Shown piece by piece: positions 62,501-64,000 of a stretch of DNA of 64,000 bases. Source of the DNA: Macrostomum hystrix (Eukaryota > Animalia > Platyhelminthes); NCBI GenBank assembly GCA_950097015.1, contig CATNEN010000038.1:33542001-33606000 (forward strand), written 5' to 3'. The notes under the pieces are model-generated. The model saw only the letters and a list, made by a program, of their open reading frames with translations. It ran no database searches and was not told the DNA's origin. Numbering within the stretch: the stretch's first letter is position 1; each line of letters opens with the position of its first letter. A program made the translations under genes and the position numbers.

Positions 62501-63932
62501 TCACTCTCTGCTCTACCTCTCACTCTCTGCTCCACCTCTCACTCTCTGCTCTACCTCTCACTCTCTGCTCTACCTCTCACTCTCTGCTCTACCTCTCACT
62601 CTCTGCTCTACCTCTCACTCTCTGCTCCACCGCTCACTCTCTGCTCTACCTCTCACTCTCTGCTCTACCTCTCACTCTCTGCTCTACCTCTCACTCTCTG
62701 CTCTACCTCTCACTCTCTGCTCTACCTCTCACTCTCTGCTCTACCTCTCACTGTCTTCTCCACCTCTCAGTATCGTCTCCAACTCTCACTGTCTTTTCCA
62801 CCTCTCACTCTCTTCTCTCCTCTCACCCTCTCTAATCTCACAGCATTGTCTATATCACCCCCTCTGTACATCTCACCCTCTGGTCTACATCTCCCTCTCC
62901 TCTCTGCCCCCTCAACCAATCAGTCGTGATCCAGTTCCCATCCGACCATCCAACAGCCAATCACAGACGGCGACCTACCAGCCGAGAACGCGGTGGAATC
63001 CGTCCTGCCCGAGTACGAGTACATCTTCCCGGCTGGCGGCAGCAGCCGTCGTCGGCCGCCTCAGCGCCATCTGGCAGCCGTGCCGGAGGCCTCAGCGGAG
63101 CTAGGCGAGCTGGAACGCTACAGAGACGCAATGCGCAAGATGGGACAGGACATTCTGGCGCTGCAGGACCGCATCCGGGAGCTCGAGCTGGAGAACGCGG
63201 CGTTAAAACGCGACGTTGGACAATTCGGAGACACCCAGCAGCTGCTTGGTGACGGTCCGGAATACGACGACGTGCCAAAGGCCGATCTCATTGCCAGATA
63301 TGGTGGGTTTAATGACAGTTTTTCTGCAATTTCTCTGGATTTCCCCGACTTTAGGATAATCCTGGAGTCCTGGATTTCCTTGAATTCGGGATTTCCTCGA
63401 ATTGGGGATTTCCTCTAGTTGGGGATTTCCTCGAATTGGGGATTTCCTCGGGTTGGGGATTTCCTTGAGTTGGAGATTTCCTCGAGTTGGTGATTTTCTC
63501 GAGTTGGGGATTTTCTCGAGTTGGGGATTTCATCTAGTTGGGGATATCCTCGAGTTGTGGATTTCCTCGAGTTGGTAATTTCCTCGAGGTGGTGATTTCC
63601 CGAATTGGGGATTTTGTCGAGTTAAGGAATTTTCTCGAATCTAGGATTACGACGAGGTTTATGAGCTTGGGATATTAGAGAGTCGAGAAAATCTGAGCTT
63701 TTTAAAGTATGCAATTTTCGACTCCTCCTTAACTTTTCCATCTCAAAATTAATTGCGTCTAGCCGCCATGAAGAACAAGCTGGTCAGCACGGCCTCCCAG
63801 GTTGGCCAGTACCGTGAGAAAGTGCAGCAGCTGCAGAATGAGCTCATCCGGCATCAGCAGGAGAGCGGCCGCAGCGGTGGCGGTGTCGGTGCAGCCCACG
63901 TCAGTCAGCAGCGGCTCATTCAGCAGCTGCAG
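56575..63932 (+). CDS. CCDC33: CCDC33-like C2-domain and coiled-coil protein (3'-incomplete)
   Basis: Exons 56575-57120, 57208-57590, 58133-58376, 59044-59352, 59872-60138, 60613-60918, 62957-63302 and 63763-63932, phase-consistent. The window ends on acceptor TTTCAG. C2-like segments (VTVIVHGAND..., SPSWEE, QPRWHHSFLF) and ELERYRDAMRKMGQDILAL resemble CCDC33. Confidence 0.8.
58555..59000. repeat. Degenerate intronic tandem repeat (about 26 bp)
   Basis: Recurring GTGACACGATTCTAGGAAAGTTC. Confidence 0.75.
59380..59735 (-). mobile_element. SINE (family A) with (TAGG)n tail
   Basis: The body is shared with other family A copies. A (CTAC)n tract at 59380-59455 sits at its 3' end. Confidence 0.8.
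60215..60332 (-). mobile_element. SINE fragment (family B)
   Basis: GAAGCAATGCAGAGTTAAGTGTCTTGCTAAAGG...GGGAATCGAACTC matches the copies at 31.7 and 52.5 kb. Confidence 0.78.
60415..60598. repeat. (TCAA)n microsatellite
   Basis: Imperfect TCAA/TAAA run just upstream of an acceptor. Confidence 0.9.
61762..62820. repeat. Intronic minisatellite, 19-bp pyrimidine-rich unit
   Basis: Unit CTCTACCTCTCACTCTCTG. It explains the 369-aa periodic ORF. Confidence 0.97.
63370..63645. repeat. Intronic minisatellite, 17-bp unit
   Basis: Unit TTGGGGATTTCCTCGAG. Confidence 0.9.
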
Positions 63933-64000
63933 GTGAATGCTTGCCTCAAAAAACTTAAAAAGCGATTTTTCTAGAGAGGTCTAAATTGTTCTACTTTCAG

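Overview
Eukaryotic (metazoan) genomic DNA with GC-rich exons and AT-rich introns and spacers that are packed with 17-39 bp minisatellites, tRNA-derived SINEs and MITE-like inverted repeats. This architecture resembles a free-living flatworm such as Macrostomum, which is an inference only. Thirteen protein-coding genes can be assembled by hand from GT-AG junctions. In order they are: a C3orf18/SMIM29-like membrane protein (+), calnexin (-), a catalytically dead caspase homologue (+), hydroxyacid oxidase (-), Ro60/TROVE2 (-), IFT20 (+), two tandem SERTA-like paralogues (+), prefoldin 6 (+), a RING-coiled-coil-NHL protein (+), GOSR2/membrin (-), SRP68 (-) and a CCDC33-like gene (+) that runs off the window. 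A decayed mariner element carries a 385-bp solo-LTR-like insert in frame inside its catalytic GDE motif. The strongest leads are: (1) the HAO first exon has no ATG and opens on a phase-0 acceptor about 1.5 kb downstream of Ro60, as expected if an operon is resolved by spliced-leader trans-splicing with the leader supplying the AUG; (2) the pseudo-caspase; (3) the SERTA-like pair with a shared CxxGCHDxC motif. All calls come from reading by eye, no database searches were run, and repeat boundaries are approximate.
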